This document shows positions 30,635-44,301 of a DNA stretch of 64,000 nucleotides, in pieces. The notes below the pieces were generated by a model. The model had not been told where the DNA came from and ran no database searches. It was given only the letters and a program-made list of their open reading frames with translations. Location of the stretch: positions 4,480,001 to 4,544,000 of the forward strand of contig CM000151.3 in the NCBI GenBank assembly GCA_000004695.1, given 5' to 3'. Made by a program: the position numbers and the translations under genes. The DNA is from Dictyostelium discoideum (lineage: Eukaryota). How positions within the stretch are numbered: position 1 is the first letter of the stretch; each line of letters opens with the position of its first letter.

Positions 30635-33139
30635 ATGACAACAACGTCAAAAATCATTAATGATGGTGAAGGTGAAGATGTTAAAGGTAATAAAAATATA
30701 AATAAAAAAAGTTTAATTGATGAAAATAGATTAGATGAAAAAAAAGATTTATTAAGTGATAAAGTTGAGAGTAAAACCCATTGTTCAGTAAAGAGAATGG
30801 CAGTATTAACATCAGGAGGTGATAGCAGTGGTATGAATCCAGCAATTAGAGCATTTGCAAGACAAGTAATGTTAAAAGGAGCAAAAGTATTTGCAGTTAG
30901 GGAAGGTTATAATGGTTTGGTTAACGATTCAATTGTACCTTTGAATTGGGGATCAGTAGCAGGTATTATCTCCCGTGGTGGTACAATCATTGGTACAGCA
31001 AGAAGTGCTGAATTTCGTACACGTGAGGGTAGAAAGAGAGCCGTATTCAATTTGGTGAAGAATAGAATCGACAATCTATTGGTTATAGGTGGTGATGGCT
31101 CATTGACAGGCGCAAATTTATTGAGAACTGAATGGTGTTCATTGCTTGAGGAGTTGGTCAAAGATGGCAAGTTGACATTGGACGTTATGGAGCATTTCCC
31201 AATTTTATCAATCGCTGGTATAGTAGGATCGATCGATAATGATATGTGTGGCACAGATTTAACGGTTGGTGCTGATACAGCAACCAAGAGAATTTTAGAG
31301 GCAATCGATTCAATTCTATCGACAGCAGTTTCACATCAACGTAGTTTTGTCATTGAAGTTATGGGAAGAAATTGTGGTTGGTTGGCATTGGCATCGGGTG
31401 TTGCAACAGGTGCAGATTATATATTGATACCTGAATCACCACCAGATGATGGTTGGGAGCAAACTATGGCTGATAATCTTGAAAGGGGTAGATTGTCAGG
31501 AAGAAGATGCAGTTTGGTCATTGTGTCAGAAGGTGCAATCGATCGTCAAGGCAAACCAATCACTTCAGCCTATGTTAGACAATTCCTTGAGGATAAAGGC
31601 CACGATGCAAGAATCACCATTCTTGGTCATGTACAACGTGGTGGTACACCAACATTTTTAGATCGTTACATTGCAACTCGTATGGGTATAGAAGCAGCAA
31701 ACTATTTCTATGATTCAACCATTGAACAATTGAAACAACCTGTATTGATCGGTATGAGTGGTATGGATACCATTCGTTCACCATTGATGGAATGTGTACA
31801 AAAGACTCAATCAATTGCATCACTCATCAAGGAGAGACGTTTCAATGAGGTTGTCGATGTTAGAGGTGGTATGTTTAAAGAGTTTTATGAGATCTTCATT
31901 GCATGTTCAAATTTACATCGTAGAAAGGTTGAGAGCAAGGGAATGGGTGTTTTAATACTTCATAGTGGTGGTCCATCACCAGGTATGAACCCATGTGTTC
32001 GTGCTTTCACTCGTTTAGGTATTGATCATGGTTACACAATGTATGGTTGCTTCAATGGATTTGGTGGTTTAGCATTGGGTGAAATTGAACAATTACATTG
32101 GATGACTGTAAATGGTTGGTCTGTTATGGGTGGTGCAGAATTGGGTACCAATCGTTCCATTCCAAATGATAGTAACATAGAGGCTATCATTGCAACTCTT
32201 GAACGTTTTAAAATCAATGCAATTCTAATGTTTGGTGGATTCAATGGTTATTTGGGCATAGCAAAACTCTACGAATATAGAGAGAAATATCAACAACTTA
32301 AACGTATCTCAATCATTGGTGCACCTGGTACCATTGCAAACAACGTACCAGGTACAAATATCTCAATTGGAAGTGATACCTCTTTGAATAACACATTGGA
32401 TGCATTAGATAAAATCAAACAATCAGCAGTGGCATCACGTCGTTTATTCGTCGTGGAGGTCATGGGTGCCCATTGTGGTTATTTGGCTGCAATGAGTTCT
32501 TTAACCTCAGGTGCTGAACGTTCATATATAATGGAAAGAGGTATCACATTGAATACACTAACCAAGGATTTGGAAATGTTTGTTGAACGTTTCAAACGTG
32601 AACATAGAATTGGTCTAATTATTAAGAGTGAACTTGCTAGCAACACCTACTCAACTCATTTCATTTATTCACTCTTCAAAGAAGAAGGTAAACATTTATT
32701 CGATGTCCGTGAATCTATACTCGGTCATTTACAACAAGGTGGTACTCCTTCTGCAATTGATCGTATCTTTTCAACTCGTTTAATGAATCATTATTATCAA
32801 TTCTTGGAAAACGATCTCAAAGAACATGGTCATCTTCAAATGAATGGTTGTATTGGTTTCATTGATGGTGGTATTCATTACACTCCAATGCAAGAAATGA
32901 TCGAAGAAATGTCTGATAAATTTAGACGTCCTCGTTCCCAATGGTGGATGGATTTGGTTGAAACCTCTCAAAATATCTCTGTTTTCCCTTTAGATGACCC
33001 TTCCTCTACTAATTTCGAAGGTTGTAATTCAAATTTATCGGAACAAGATAGACCTATTAAAAAATCTGATATTTCTTCTCCAACCTCTTATTCTCAAAAA
33101 ACTTTTGACCCAAATGTTAATCCACAATTTACTCTATAA
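30635..33139 (+). CDS. pfkA: 6-phosphofructokinase (ATP-PFK), 834 aa
   Basis: The PFK motifs are present (MAVLTSGGDSSGMNPAIRAF, IGGDGSLTGA, a second half with GGPSPGMNPCVRAF). The duplicated two-domain eukaryotic PFK architecture is visible, and the length matches the 834-aa Dictyostelium enzyme. It is intronless. Confidence 0.93.
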   Translation: MTTTSKIINDGEGEDVKGNKNINKKSLIDENRLDEKKDLLSDKVESKTHCSVKRMAVLTSGGDSSGMNPAIRAFARQVMLKGAKVFAVREGYNGLVNDSIVPLNWGSVAGIISRGGTIIGTARSAEFRTREGRKRAVFNLVKNRIDNLLVIGGDGSLTGANLLRTEWCSLLEELVKDGKLTLDVMEHFPILSIAGIVGSIDNDMCGTDLTVGADTATKRILEAIDSILSTAVSHQRSFVIEVMGRNCGWLALASGVATGADYILIPESPPDDGWEQTMADNLERGRLSGRRCSLVIVSEGAIDRQGKPITSAYVRQFLEDKGHDARITILGHVQRGGTPTFLDRYIATRMGIEAANYFYDSTIEQLKQPVLIGMSGMDTIRSPLMECVQKTQSIASLIKERRFNEVVDVRGGMFKEFYEIFIACSNLHRRKVESKGMGVLILHSGGPSPGMNPCVRAFTRLGIDHGYTMYGCFNGFGGLALGEIEQLHWMTVNGWSVMGGAELGTNRSIPNDSNIEAIIATLERFKINAILMFGGFNGYLGIAKLYEYREKYQQLKRISIIGAPGTIANNVPGTNISIGSDTSLNNTLDALDKIKQSAVASRRLFVVEVMGAHCGYLAAMSSLTSGAERSYIMERGITLNTLTKDLEMFVERFKREHRIGLIIKSELASNTYSTHFIYSLFKEEGKHLFDVRESILGHLQQGGTPSAIDRIFSTRLMNHYYQFLENDLKEHGHLQMNGCIGFIDGGIHYTPMQEMIEEMSDKFRRPRSQWWMDLVETSQNISVFPLDDPSSTNFEGCNSNLSEQDRPIKKSDISSPTSYSQKTFDPNVNPQFTL

Positions 33140-33163
33140 ATAAATAAAAAAAATAAAAATTAA

Positions 33164-33200
<37 letters not shown>

Positions 33201-33888
33201 AATAATAGCCAATATATTTTCCATTTTATTATTTATTACTTTTTTAAAATTTATTTTTCCTTTTTTTTTCTATTAAAATAAAAAATATTTATTTTCCAAT
33301 TAAAAAAAACTTTAATTTTTCAAACCAAAAATATCAATAAATAAAAAAAAAAGACAAAAAAATAGAAAATTAAGGGAGTTTTCTTAAAATTTGGTAAATA
33401 TTATTTAAGATTTAAAAGATCAACAACTATAGCAAACCAATAGTAATATCTTAAAAATTTACCATTTAAATAAGTGACATAATTTAATCGGGTTTGTAAT
33501 ATTTATAGATTCTGAATAATAATAATTTTAAAAAACTAATTAGATATTTAAGTAAAATTAATTTTTTTTTTTTAAATAGAGAATTCAAAATAAATAAAAA
33601 TAAAAAAATAAAATTAAAATTTTTTTTCAATATCGATTTCAATCCTCCCAAATAATTTTTATTTGAAAAGAAAATATCTTTTTTTTTTTTTTTTGATTTT
33701 TTTTTTGATCTTTTCCACTGCTTTTTACTTTTTTTTTTTTATTTTTTTATTTTTATTTTTTTTACTTTATTTTTTTAAACATATTACAGTGTTATTATTT
33801 TTATCATTATTTTTTTTTTTTTTTTTTTTTTTGATTTGTATATATATTTATTTTCAAAAAAAAAAAAAAAAAAAAAAAAAAATAAAGA

Positions 33889-36194
<2,306 letters not shown>

Positions 36195-36210
<16 letters not shown>

Positions 36211-36375
36211 CGTAGTGAATTTTATTATTTAATTTCACTACAGTAGCGTAGTGAAAAAAAAAAATCACTGACCTTAAATTTTTTTTTTTTTCAAAAAACA
36301 AATAAAGTTTATTAAATTGAAATTTTATTTTTTGTTTTAATTATTATTTTATTTATTTTTATTATAATTATTGTT

Positions 36376-36414
<39 letters not shown>

Positions 36415-38671
36415 CAATTTTTTTTTTTAAATTTTTTTCAATTTTTATTTGTTTATTAAATTGTAATTTTATTTTTTGTTTTAATTATTATTTTATTTAT
36501 TATTATTGTTAATTTTTTTTTTTTTTCAATTTTTTTTTTTTTAATTTATTTTTATTAATTTATTTTTATTAACTCCCTGAGTTGTTCAATTGCTTGATTT
36601 ACCATATCACTGTAAACACTGCACACAATTGAATTTTTTCTAGCTTTGTTACCTCTGGTGCATTTGATGTTTTTGCATTTTCCTTTGTATACAAAAAAGT
36701 CCAAATATAATTCGTTTTCTATTACAGTTTTTACACAATGTTGGTGAAATTGTTTTGATTTTAATTCTAATGCTTCTAACATCATATTTGGATTTTTAAC
36801 GATTAAAGCATCACCACTATTTACATATAGTACTTTGGCTGCTTTTTCGAGGAATTTAGTCAAATTTTCCTCTGAATCTAACTATTCTTCATTGCCATAT
36901 TCAATGGCTAAATTTCTTAAGAGTTTTATCGAATCTATTAATTCTTCGATCATTCTTTTTTTTTGAAATTTTTTTTTATTTTGTTTTTTCAATTTTTTTT
37001 TTTTATTTTGTTTTTTCAATTTTTTTTAAGTTTTATTTTTTTTTATTTTTTTTTGAAGGCTATTGATTCCATCTTCCAAAAATTCAAGTTTATAAAGTTG
37101 TTTAGTGTCTTCCTGTATTACCTTATGAATTTTACACAAAATCAATATTTTCTATTAGAATTAAATATAAAATTTGTTAATTATTACTGTTTCATATATT
37201 ATTAATCTTTATGTTTTAATTACTTACATTATTTTTTTTAATTTCTAGAAAGAGTACAGTATCACCAACTTTCAATCCCTTTGGTGGTTTTGAATTCCAT
37301 TGATTTTGGTAACTTGTGAGATTTTCAAGAATAATAGCTGTTCTTTCTTCTTTTGAAACATCTGAAACACCAATTGATTGAGAGTCTTGTTCTGATTGAA
37401 CATTAATAAACAAAGGAACAATACCAACAGCTTGAGATGGTGTCATTTTAATTGTTCTTGTTTTTGTATTATTGTAATCATACAAAGCTTGTTTTAATAG
37501 TTCAGAAAGAGACCTAGAAGTACCATCAAGAAAACTAAAATTTATTTATAAATGATTAATTAATAAACATATCGATAATTTATATTGTTCACAATATCAT
37601 ACTCTTGTTGTTTTAATTTTGAGATCCTCTCCTTGATAGTTCGATTCAATCTTTCTACCATACCTTGAGTTGTTGGTGTACGAGGAGCTCCATGTGCTGA
37701 CTTGGAGCCTGGAAAAAGTTTTAGGAATTCTTTTTGGACTTTGTTTTTAAATTCACGTCCATTATCGCAGTGCCATACTTTCACAGGTTTGCCAAAGTAC
37801 GTGAGAGCCAAAAAATTGTATATGGGAACTGTTCTCTTTGTTGTCAAACATCTAAAAAATAAATGATAATTAAAATAAAAAAAGAAAACTAATAAATTAA
37901 TAAATAAAAAATAAATACCTTCCAGTAGCAAATTTTGTAAAAGAATCTATGCATAGAATAATGTAAACAACATCGGTGTCGTACGGTTGTACAGAGTCAT
38001 ATTGGATAAGATCATCTAGTTTAGTTAGTATCTTTTCATTATCATCATCGTATGTAACTTTTTCTTTATGTTCACCTTTAATTGATGTTAAATCATAAAC
38101 CAATCTTGAGTATTCCTCGGTATCTACAATTGGAGCAAAATCCTTTGTTATACCTATTAATTTATTTAAATTATTAAAAGAGTTTTAATATAAAAGTTAC
38201 AAAACATCATATAAAAATGATTGATACCAAACCTTTTATTCTATTTCGTTGGCAAATGTCACACGTATCTACTGCATCAGATACAAAAGAATACAATCCC
38301 ATATTATAATATTTAGTCTTGTAGTTCCCATAGGTTGCATCTCTTCCTATATGACCTTTATGCATTTCTTCCCAGAGTGATACCATTCTATAATCATTAA
38401 TTACTTCTAAACACACTTCTTTTGATATATTTCTATCTCCGCCACAATTCATGACTTTTTTTTCAATTCTAAATAATTTTTCTTTTCTGTTTCTGTTTTT
38501 TATTGGTCAGAATTTAAAAAATGATTGTGTTATTGTAAGGAAAAATATTTACTCATCATGTAAAAATTTATAATTTTTATGTTTAGTATTTTCAAAATTA
38601 TTATCTTCAATAAATTTTAAATAATTTATAATTTCATTTATTTTATCTTGTTTCATTTTGGGAAAATGAAA

Positions 38672-38706
<35 letters not shown>

Positions 38707-38961
38707 TGTTGGGGAAAAAAAAAAAAAGTTTTGGCCCAAAAAAAAAAAAAAAAATAAAATAAAAAAAAAAAAAAATAAAATAAAAAAAAAAAAAAATAAA
38801 AAAACTTATATAGAACTAATAATCAAATAAAAGATAATAATTTAATAAACTTTATTTGTTTTTTGAAAAAAAAAAAATTTAGGGTCAGTGATTTTTTTTT
38901 TTCACTACGCTACTGTAGTGAAATTAAATAATAAAATTCACTACGCTACTGTAGTGAAATT
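36195..38961 (-). mobile_element. DNA transposon of about 2.77 kb with roughly 78-bp terminal inverted repeats, encoding an integrase-like (rve/DDE) transposase. It is a TDD/Ginger-type element like Dictyostelium Tdd-4/Tdd-5.
   Basis: The left end (36195..36272) is aatttcactacagtagcgtagtgaattttattatttaatttcactacagtagcgtagtgaaaaaaaaaaatcactgacc. The right end (38883..38961) is its exact reverse complement. The internal minus-strand ORFs encode an H2C2 Zn-finger, a DDE core and a C-terminal domain. About 80-bp subterminal direct repeats lie at 36293..36380 and 36437..36520. Confidence 0.85.
36555..38656 (-). CDS. Transposase of the retroviral-integrase type (H2C2 zinc finger + DDE catalytic core), interrupted by several short spliceosomal introns. 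The exon coordinates are approximate.
   Basis: The ATG at 38656 gives MKQDKINEIINYLKFIEDNNFENTKHKNYKFLHD. A ga|GTAAAT donor and tttag| acceptor join it in frame to IEKKVMNCGGDRNISKEVCLEVINDYRMVSLWEEMHKGHIGRDATYGNYKTKYYNMGLYSFVSDAVDTCDICQRNRIKG (HHCC). The next exons give …IQYDSVQPYDTDVVYIILCIDSFTKFATGR and …WHCDNGREFKNK…HGAPRTPTTQGMVERLNRTIKE (D,D,E). A further exon gives …KPPKGLKVGDTVLFLEIKK. Confidence 0.7.
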
Positions 38962-38968
38962 TTATTGA

Positions 38969-41351
38969 AAATTCCCTACAACAATCATTATTCATGGTAA
39001 ACAATTTAGAAATGATTACTTTTATTCAAAATTTGGTGATCAAGCAAATTTAAATGTATTTTCAAATGGTATGTTTAAAAAACTATTTAAATTTAATTTT
39101 TTATATTATTTTTTTAAACTATTAAATTAATATTCTGGTTCTAATTTTTTTTTTTTTTTTTACTTAATTTTTTATAGATTGTTTTGAATTTCCACCAAGA
39201 GTTTCAAATTTAACTTTATTATCTAGTAATAGCGTTACATTAAACTCTAATCAAACTATTGGATGGGAAATTGTAATTGATAGTGGTGGTGGTATTAAAA
39301 TTAGTTATGTATTTATACATGTAATTTCAAATTTAGATAAAAAAGGATACACATTTGAATTCTATCCAAACTCTACCTCATGGGAAACCACAATTGGAAT
39401 TGCTCTATCACCAGAAACAACACCATCACAAATATTTAAAATTTATAATGCAACTATTATTGACGAAAGAGGAATTAGATCGGACCATATTGATAGTTTT
39501 AAAGTTGATGAAATTTTTTCAAATCAAAGTCCAATTTATCCAATTTCAATTTCACCATTTTATTTATTTGATCTTAGTTTATTTAGCATAACAGTTAATT
39601 CACCATTCATTACTGAATCTGTTCCACCAACAATTACACTTGTAACCCTACCATTTGAAAATGTAGATGATTTTTTACAATATTCAATTTTCTTTCAATT
39701 AGTGTCAACTGATAATGTTGGTATATTAAAAAGCCATATACCACAAGTTTATTTATCGCATTCATCAAACTATGGAGATTTACAAATTTTCCAATGTAAT
39801 ACAGCTATTAATGATACGTCTGAAACAACTTGTAATTATTATGTTACTTGTAAAGTTGAATATGGTTATGGTATTCAAAACCCTGTATCTGTTTTAGTTT
39901 ATGGTGTTGTTGATACTAGTTTCAATGTTGCAAGCTATAGTAGTTTAAGTGAATCCCAAACCTTTGATTTTAATGGTCTTTCCAATAAAAAAACACCTTC
40001 AATTTCAAGTTGGACACCATTAACACCATATAATAATAAATTAACAATTTTTGGTAGAAATTTCCCAACATCAGGTGGAAGTGCTTATTTATATTATACA
40101 GATAGTGATATTGATAATTTAGTAACTTTGAAATTTATTCATTCATCATCTGTAATGGCAGTTTTAGAAATTGGACAAGGTTTAAAACCATTTGTAGTTT
40201 ATACTCAAAATTCAAATAATGAAAAATCTAATAAAGTTGAAATTCATTATTTAGGAATTCCAACATCTTCTTCATCCTCATCTTCATCATCAGATGATGA
40301 TTCAACATTACCACCAGTTTTATGTTTTGATAATTGTGGTGGAACATCAAGAGGTACTTGTATTCCAAATGTTGGATGTAATTGTAAATCACCATATAGT
40401 GGTATAAATTGTCTTTCTGAAACAATTAAAATTCCAAAACCTCAAACAAATACAACATCACCAGATTCAAGAAATGAATTCCCTATTAGTGGTTCAGATA
40501 TTAAACTAAATACAATCATTTCAATTGTAGCATTAAGAGAATTAGATTTTCAAGGTAAACAGGTTAATATTCATTATTTTGATAGTTGGAATTTTACAAC
40601 AATATCTCAAACCAATTTCACATATAGATCACCAATTTTAAAAAACAATCAACATGTTTCAAATATATCAGTAGCAATGGAATGGCATGAACAATCTACA
40701 ACTATTACATTTGCAAAACAAAATCTCACAATTAATCCATCAACTTTGAAATATTATATTTCATTAGATAAATACCCATTTGCATCATCATTAAATACAC
40801 TTGATTTAATCATTAAATCAATGTTTAAAAGTTCACAAACTGATGATGTATGTGGCAGTAAAGGATTTTCATTAAATGATGGAAATGATTATATGACATT
40901 ACAAATTGGAACATACTCATTTGAAGGTAAATTTATAAAAAAAGCAATTATCAATGGCAATAGAATTGTAACAATAAATAATAAATTATTAAATGAAAAT
41001 CAACTAAATAGTAATTCAACTATAACTAAAGAAAAAGATTCATCAAATCAACTTTCATCCTTTATCTCAATTGAAATACCTCATTATGATTCAAATGTAT
41101 TATTAGATCCAAGTTTTTCAGTTTTATTAGATTCAAATGAATCATATAAAAACTCTGAAAATTCAATTTGTACTTCAAAAAAATCCTCAAAACTTACTAC
41201 CGCTCAAATAATTGCTATTGTTATTGTTTCTGTAGTTTTTGTAATAATTCTAGCTCTCTTTATAATCGTTAAATTTTCAAAATCTGATAAATTTTTATCT
41301 ATAAGAATTTTCTATTATAAATTATTTAAACGATTTAAGAAAAAGTATTAA
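38969..41351 (+). CDS. EGF-like domain / single-pass transmembrane protein, the C-terminal half of the gene split by the transposon. Exons are 38969..39068 and 39178..41351.
   Basis: The open frame begins right after a TGA at 38966-38968, next to the right TIR. It reads FPTTIIIHGKQFRNDYFYSKFGDQANLNVFSN, then a g|GTATGT donor and ttttatag| acceptor lead into …CFEFPPRVSNLTLL… An EGF-like Cys pattern follows (CFDNCGGTSRGTCIPNVGCNCKSPYSGINC), then a C-terminal TM helix (IIAIVIVSVVFVIILALFIIV) and a short cytoplasmic tail. There is no signal peptide or ATG of its own; the listed 'M' at 39702 is a GTG. Confidence 0.55.
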
Positions 41352-42176
41352 ATTTATTTTTTAAAAAATAATATTAATTGTAAAATAAAGTTTAAAAAAT
41401 AGTTTTTATTAAATAGTTAAAGATTAATGTTTTTTTTTATACCTTTATTTTAATTTTTATTTATTATTTTTATTATAATAATCAGTAAATTTTTGAAAAC
41501 TATTGAATTTTTGGAATATAAATCCACCATTTAATTAATTACTACCAAGTGGTTAAACTTGGATGAAAATCCATTAGTAATTTTATTAATTAAATAATCT
41601 TTCAAAACTGGTAATTTTGAAATAGATAATTTTTTCCCAATCGTATTCGTTGTATGGGCTATCTGTTGATAATAACCAATGAAAAAGATGAAAGCAATCT
41701 TCTTTGATAGCACACGCTAATAATTCTTGTAATAATGTTTTTAAAAAACTCTTTACCCAATTCCTTAATGATTCTATGTGAAAGAAGATATTTAAAAGTT
41801 ATTAAATCAACACCATCATCATTATTAATAATTCTTTTTAAAAAAACTGAATAAATTAAATTTGCATGATTATCTGTAAACTTTTCACAGGTTATTATTT
41901 TTTCAAGCATATCAATTCTTCTATTCTTAATTGAATGATATATTAAACTTTCAAAAAAATTGTTGAAGGGAATTTTTTTTGAAATTTCGCTTTTTAAACG
42001 GCAGTGAATTTTTACACTAAAATACACTGTTTATGCATGGTGTAAAAATTCACTAAATTTTTTTTTTTTTATAATTAAATTAAAAAACAATTTATTTAAT
42101 CAGAAAAATAAAAAACCAATTTTATTCAGTTATTTGCTTGTTATTTATTTTTTTATAACAAAAAAATTTAGTTTGC

Positions 42177-42235
<59 letters not shown>

Positions 42236-42327
42236 CAATTATTTTTTTCAATTTTTTTTTTTATCGATTGTTTTCATTTTTGGGGAATAAAATAAAATTG
42301 TTCGATAAAAAAAAAATTGAAAAAAAT

Positions 42328-42370
<43 letters not shown>

Positions 42371-42569
42371 GGTTTATATTTTAATTATGGTATTCATTAT
42401 TGTTTATATAATTATTTTTAGTATTTATATTATTTATAATTATAAACTCGAGTTAATAGAATTATTATTATTATTATTATTTAAATGTGGGTCAACTATA
42501 ATTAGTGTCTTAGTTCACTTATTTAATATTAACTTATTTTTGTGTCTTCGTTACATAAAAAAAAAAATG

Positions 42570-42603
<34 letters not shown>

Positions 42604-42699
42604 AAAAAAAAAATAAAAAAAAAAAGAAAAATAAAAAAAAAAAGAAAAATAAAAAATAAAAAAAAAAATAAAAAAAATAAAAAAAAAATAAAAAAAAAA

Positions 42700-42824
42700 G
42701 AGGGGTACCCCCTAAAAAAAAAGAGGGTACCCCCCTAAAAAAAATAATAATTTTAATAATAATAATAATAATAATAATAAAAATGAAAATTAATATTTAA
42801 ATAAAAAAAAGAGGGTACCCCCCT
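42700..42824. repeat. Three copies of a GC-rich near-palindrome, (A)GAGGGGTACCCCCCT with core GGGGTACCCC, inside the TIR element. The copies are at 42700..42713, 42722..42736 and 42811..42824.
   Basis: Directly visible. The core is self-complementary and contains GGTACC. Each copy is embedded in poly-A. Confidence 0.85.
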
Positions 42825-43082
42825 AAAAAATGTTGGAATTTAATTAAATTTATTTTTTATTTTTTTTATTTTTTAATTTTATTTTTTTTATTTTTTAATT
42901 TAAAAAATGTTGATATAAAACAAAAAAATTTTTTCAAAAAAAACATTTCAAATTATTAACAAATTATATTATTATACTTTAATGTATGTGTACAATTTTA
43001 AAAATTTAAAATTTGTTCTATTTTTATCAATCATATCATGTATATTTATTAATTAAATCTCATATATTCTTATTCCCAGCAA

Positions 43083-43223
43083 ATGACATCAGGTGGAATC
43101 GTACAACCAGGCCAAAATCTCTCACAACGTCCAATAAACGGCCAATATGGCTGGGGACCAGCAGCAGGAAGTGCCGCAAATCCACGTGGCGATCTCCGTG
43201 GTTACACTTACAATATTAGATAG
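43083..43223 (+). other. GC-rich (about 55% GC) 46-codon ORF inside the TIR element; function unknown, possibly structural RNA/DNA rather than protein
   Basis: atgacatcaggtggaatcgtacaaccaggccaaaatctctcacaacgtccaataaacggccaatatggctggggaccagcagcaggaagtgccgcaaatccacgtggcgatctccgtggttacacttacaatattagatag. Its composition is strikingly unlike the surrounding sequence. Confidence 0.2.
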
Positions 43224-43791
43224 TTTCGCTGTCTATTTCTGAATATTCAGAAATCTTTGTTTAATGCCAAAAATAGTAGATATCTATTATATTTTCTCAT
43301 TTTATAAATCTGATAAGATCTGTCTTAAATAAAAAAAATCAAATTTTTTTATAAATTAAAAAAAATCATTTCCGCAAATCCGCAAAAAATAGCGGGAATT
43401 AAATTATTTATTGTTTTTTAAATTGTTTTTTTTGCGTGATATGAAATGAACAGCAAATGAACAACGTGTGAGTTGTATTAGCTGATGGTAAATTGTTGTT
43501 AATTTATAAAAAAAAAAAAAAAATTTTAGTGAATTTTTACACTACGCATAAACAGTGTATTTTAGTGTAAAAATTCACTGCCGTTTAGAAAGCGAAATTT
43601 CAAAAAAAATTCCCTACAACAAAATCATTTAATTGCTTTTGGTTGTATTCTGGGAATAAACAACCAATTGTTTCAATGATTGTTTGGGATTTATTGGTTT
43701 TAAATATATCAATTAATAAATAAGATTTGTGTAAATTTAATTGATAAATTGGGTTTGTATGGATTTAATTTTTTTTCAAAAATACTATCAA

Positions 43792-44301
43792 TCATACTAT
43801 TATTAAAGGTATTGATACCAATACCAACCATACTATTATTAAAGATATTGATACCAATCGTACTATGGTTAAACGTATTGATACATTAATATTATTACCA
43901 ATTGTATTTAATAATAATTCTAAAAATTCTAAATCATTGGAACTTAAAACTTTTTCAATGAGATATTTAATTGTTTTAGTTTCAATATTAATGAGTTTAA
44001 TGAATGATGTTAAATTTGATTTAAAATTATTCTTTTCTGAAAAGAAATCATATAATGTTTCATCTAAATCTCTAATGAATACTAATATTTGTTTTTGTGA
44101 TGTTTCTTTAAATTTTAATAAACTTGAAATATATAATTCACTGGAAATTGGTAAAAGTTTTAATTTTAAACAATTTAAAAATGATTTTGAATTTGGATTG
44201 AATTCATTTACACTTGATAGTTTATCAATGAATTTTGATATCTTTTCACTATCTTGAATTGTTGTTGAACAATCTTGGAAACAATCTTTTTTTTTGATCA
44301 C
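43792..44301 (-). CDS. Hypothetical ORF next to the right TIR of the 1.67-kb element. It has no ATG, since the listed M is a GTG after a TAG. It may be a remnant of a gene disrupted by the insertion.
   Basis: The translation (…DCSTTIQDSEKISKFIDKLSSVNEFNPNSKSFLNCLKLKLLPISSELYISSLLKFKETSQKQILVFIRDLDETLYDFFSEKNNFKSNLTSFIKLINIETKTIKYLIEKVLSSNDLEFLELLLNTIGNN) has protein-like composition but no start. The 3' end is encoded by roughly 30-bp tandem repeats (43790..43880). Confidence 0.25.
   Translation of the reverse strand: MIKKKDCFQDCSTTIQDSEKISKFIDKLSSVNEFNPNSKSFLNCLKLKLLPISSELYISSLLKFKETSQKQILVFIRDLDETLYDFFSEKNNFKSNLTSFIKLINIETKTIKYLIEKVLSSNDLEFLELLLNTIGNNINVSIRLTIVRLVSISLIIVWLVLVSIPLIIV

Larger units (their letters stand above)
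41960..43633. mobile_element. Non-autonomous TIR element of about 1.67 kb with roughly 100-bp terminal inverted repeats and no transposase
   Basis: The left TIR (41960..42057) is ttgttgaagggaattttttttgaaatttcgctttttaaacggcagtgaatttttacactaaaatacactgtttatgcatggtgtaaaaattcacta. The right end (43536..43633) is its reverse complement with about 4 mismatches. The interior is AT-rich and non-coding, apart from GC-rich palindromes and one GC-rich mini-ORF. Confidence 0.75.

Noticed and set aside
36966-37060. Repeated 'ttgttttttcaatttttttt' units at 36966..37060 as a separate repeat feature
   Set aside because: It is low-complexity AT-rich sequence inside an intron or UTR of the transposase region. 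It is indistinguishable from the background poly-T-rich noise of this genome.
42701-42713. GGTACC (KpnI) palindromes as evidence of a cloning-vector junction or artefact
   Set aside because: There are three diverged copies embedded in native poly-A context within TIRs that match each other. There is no vector-like sequence nearby, so they are part of the element.
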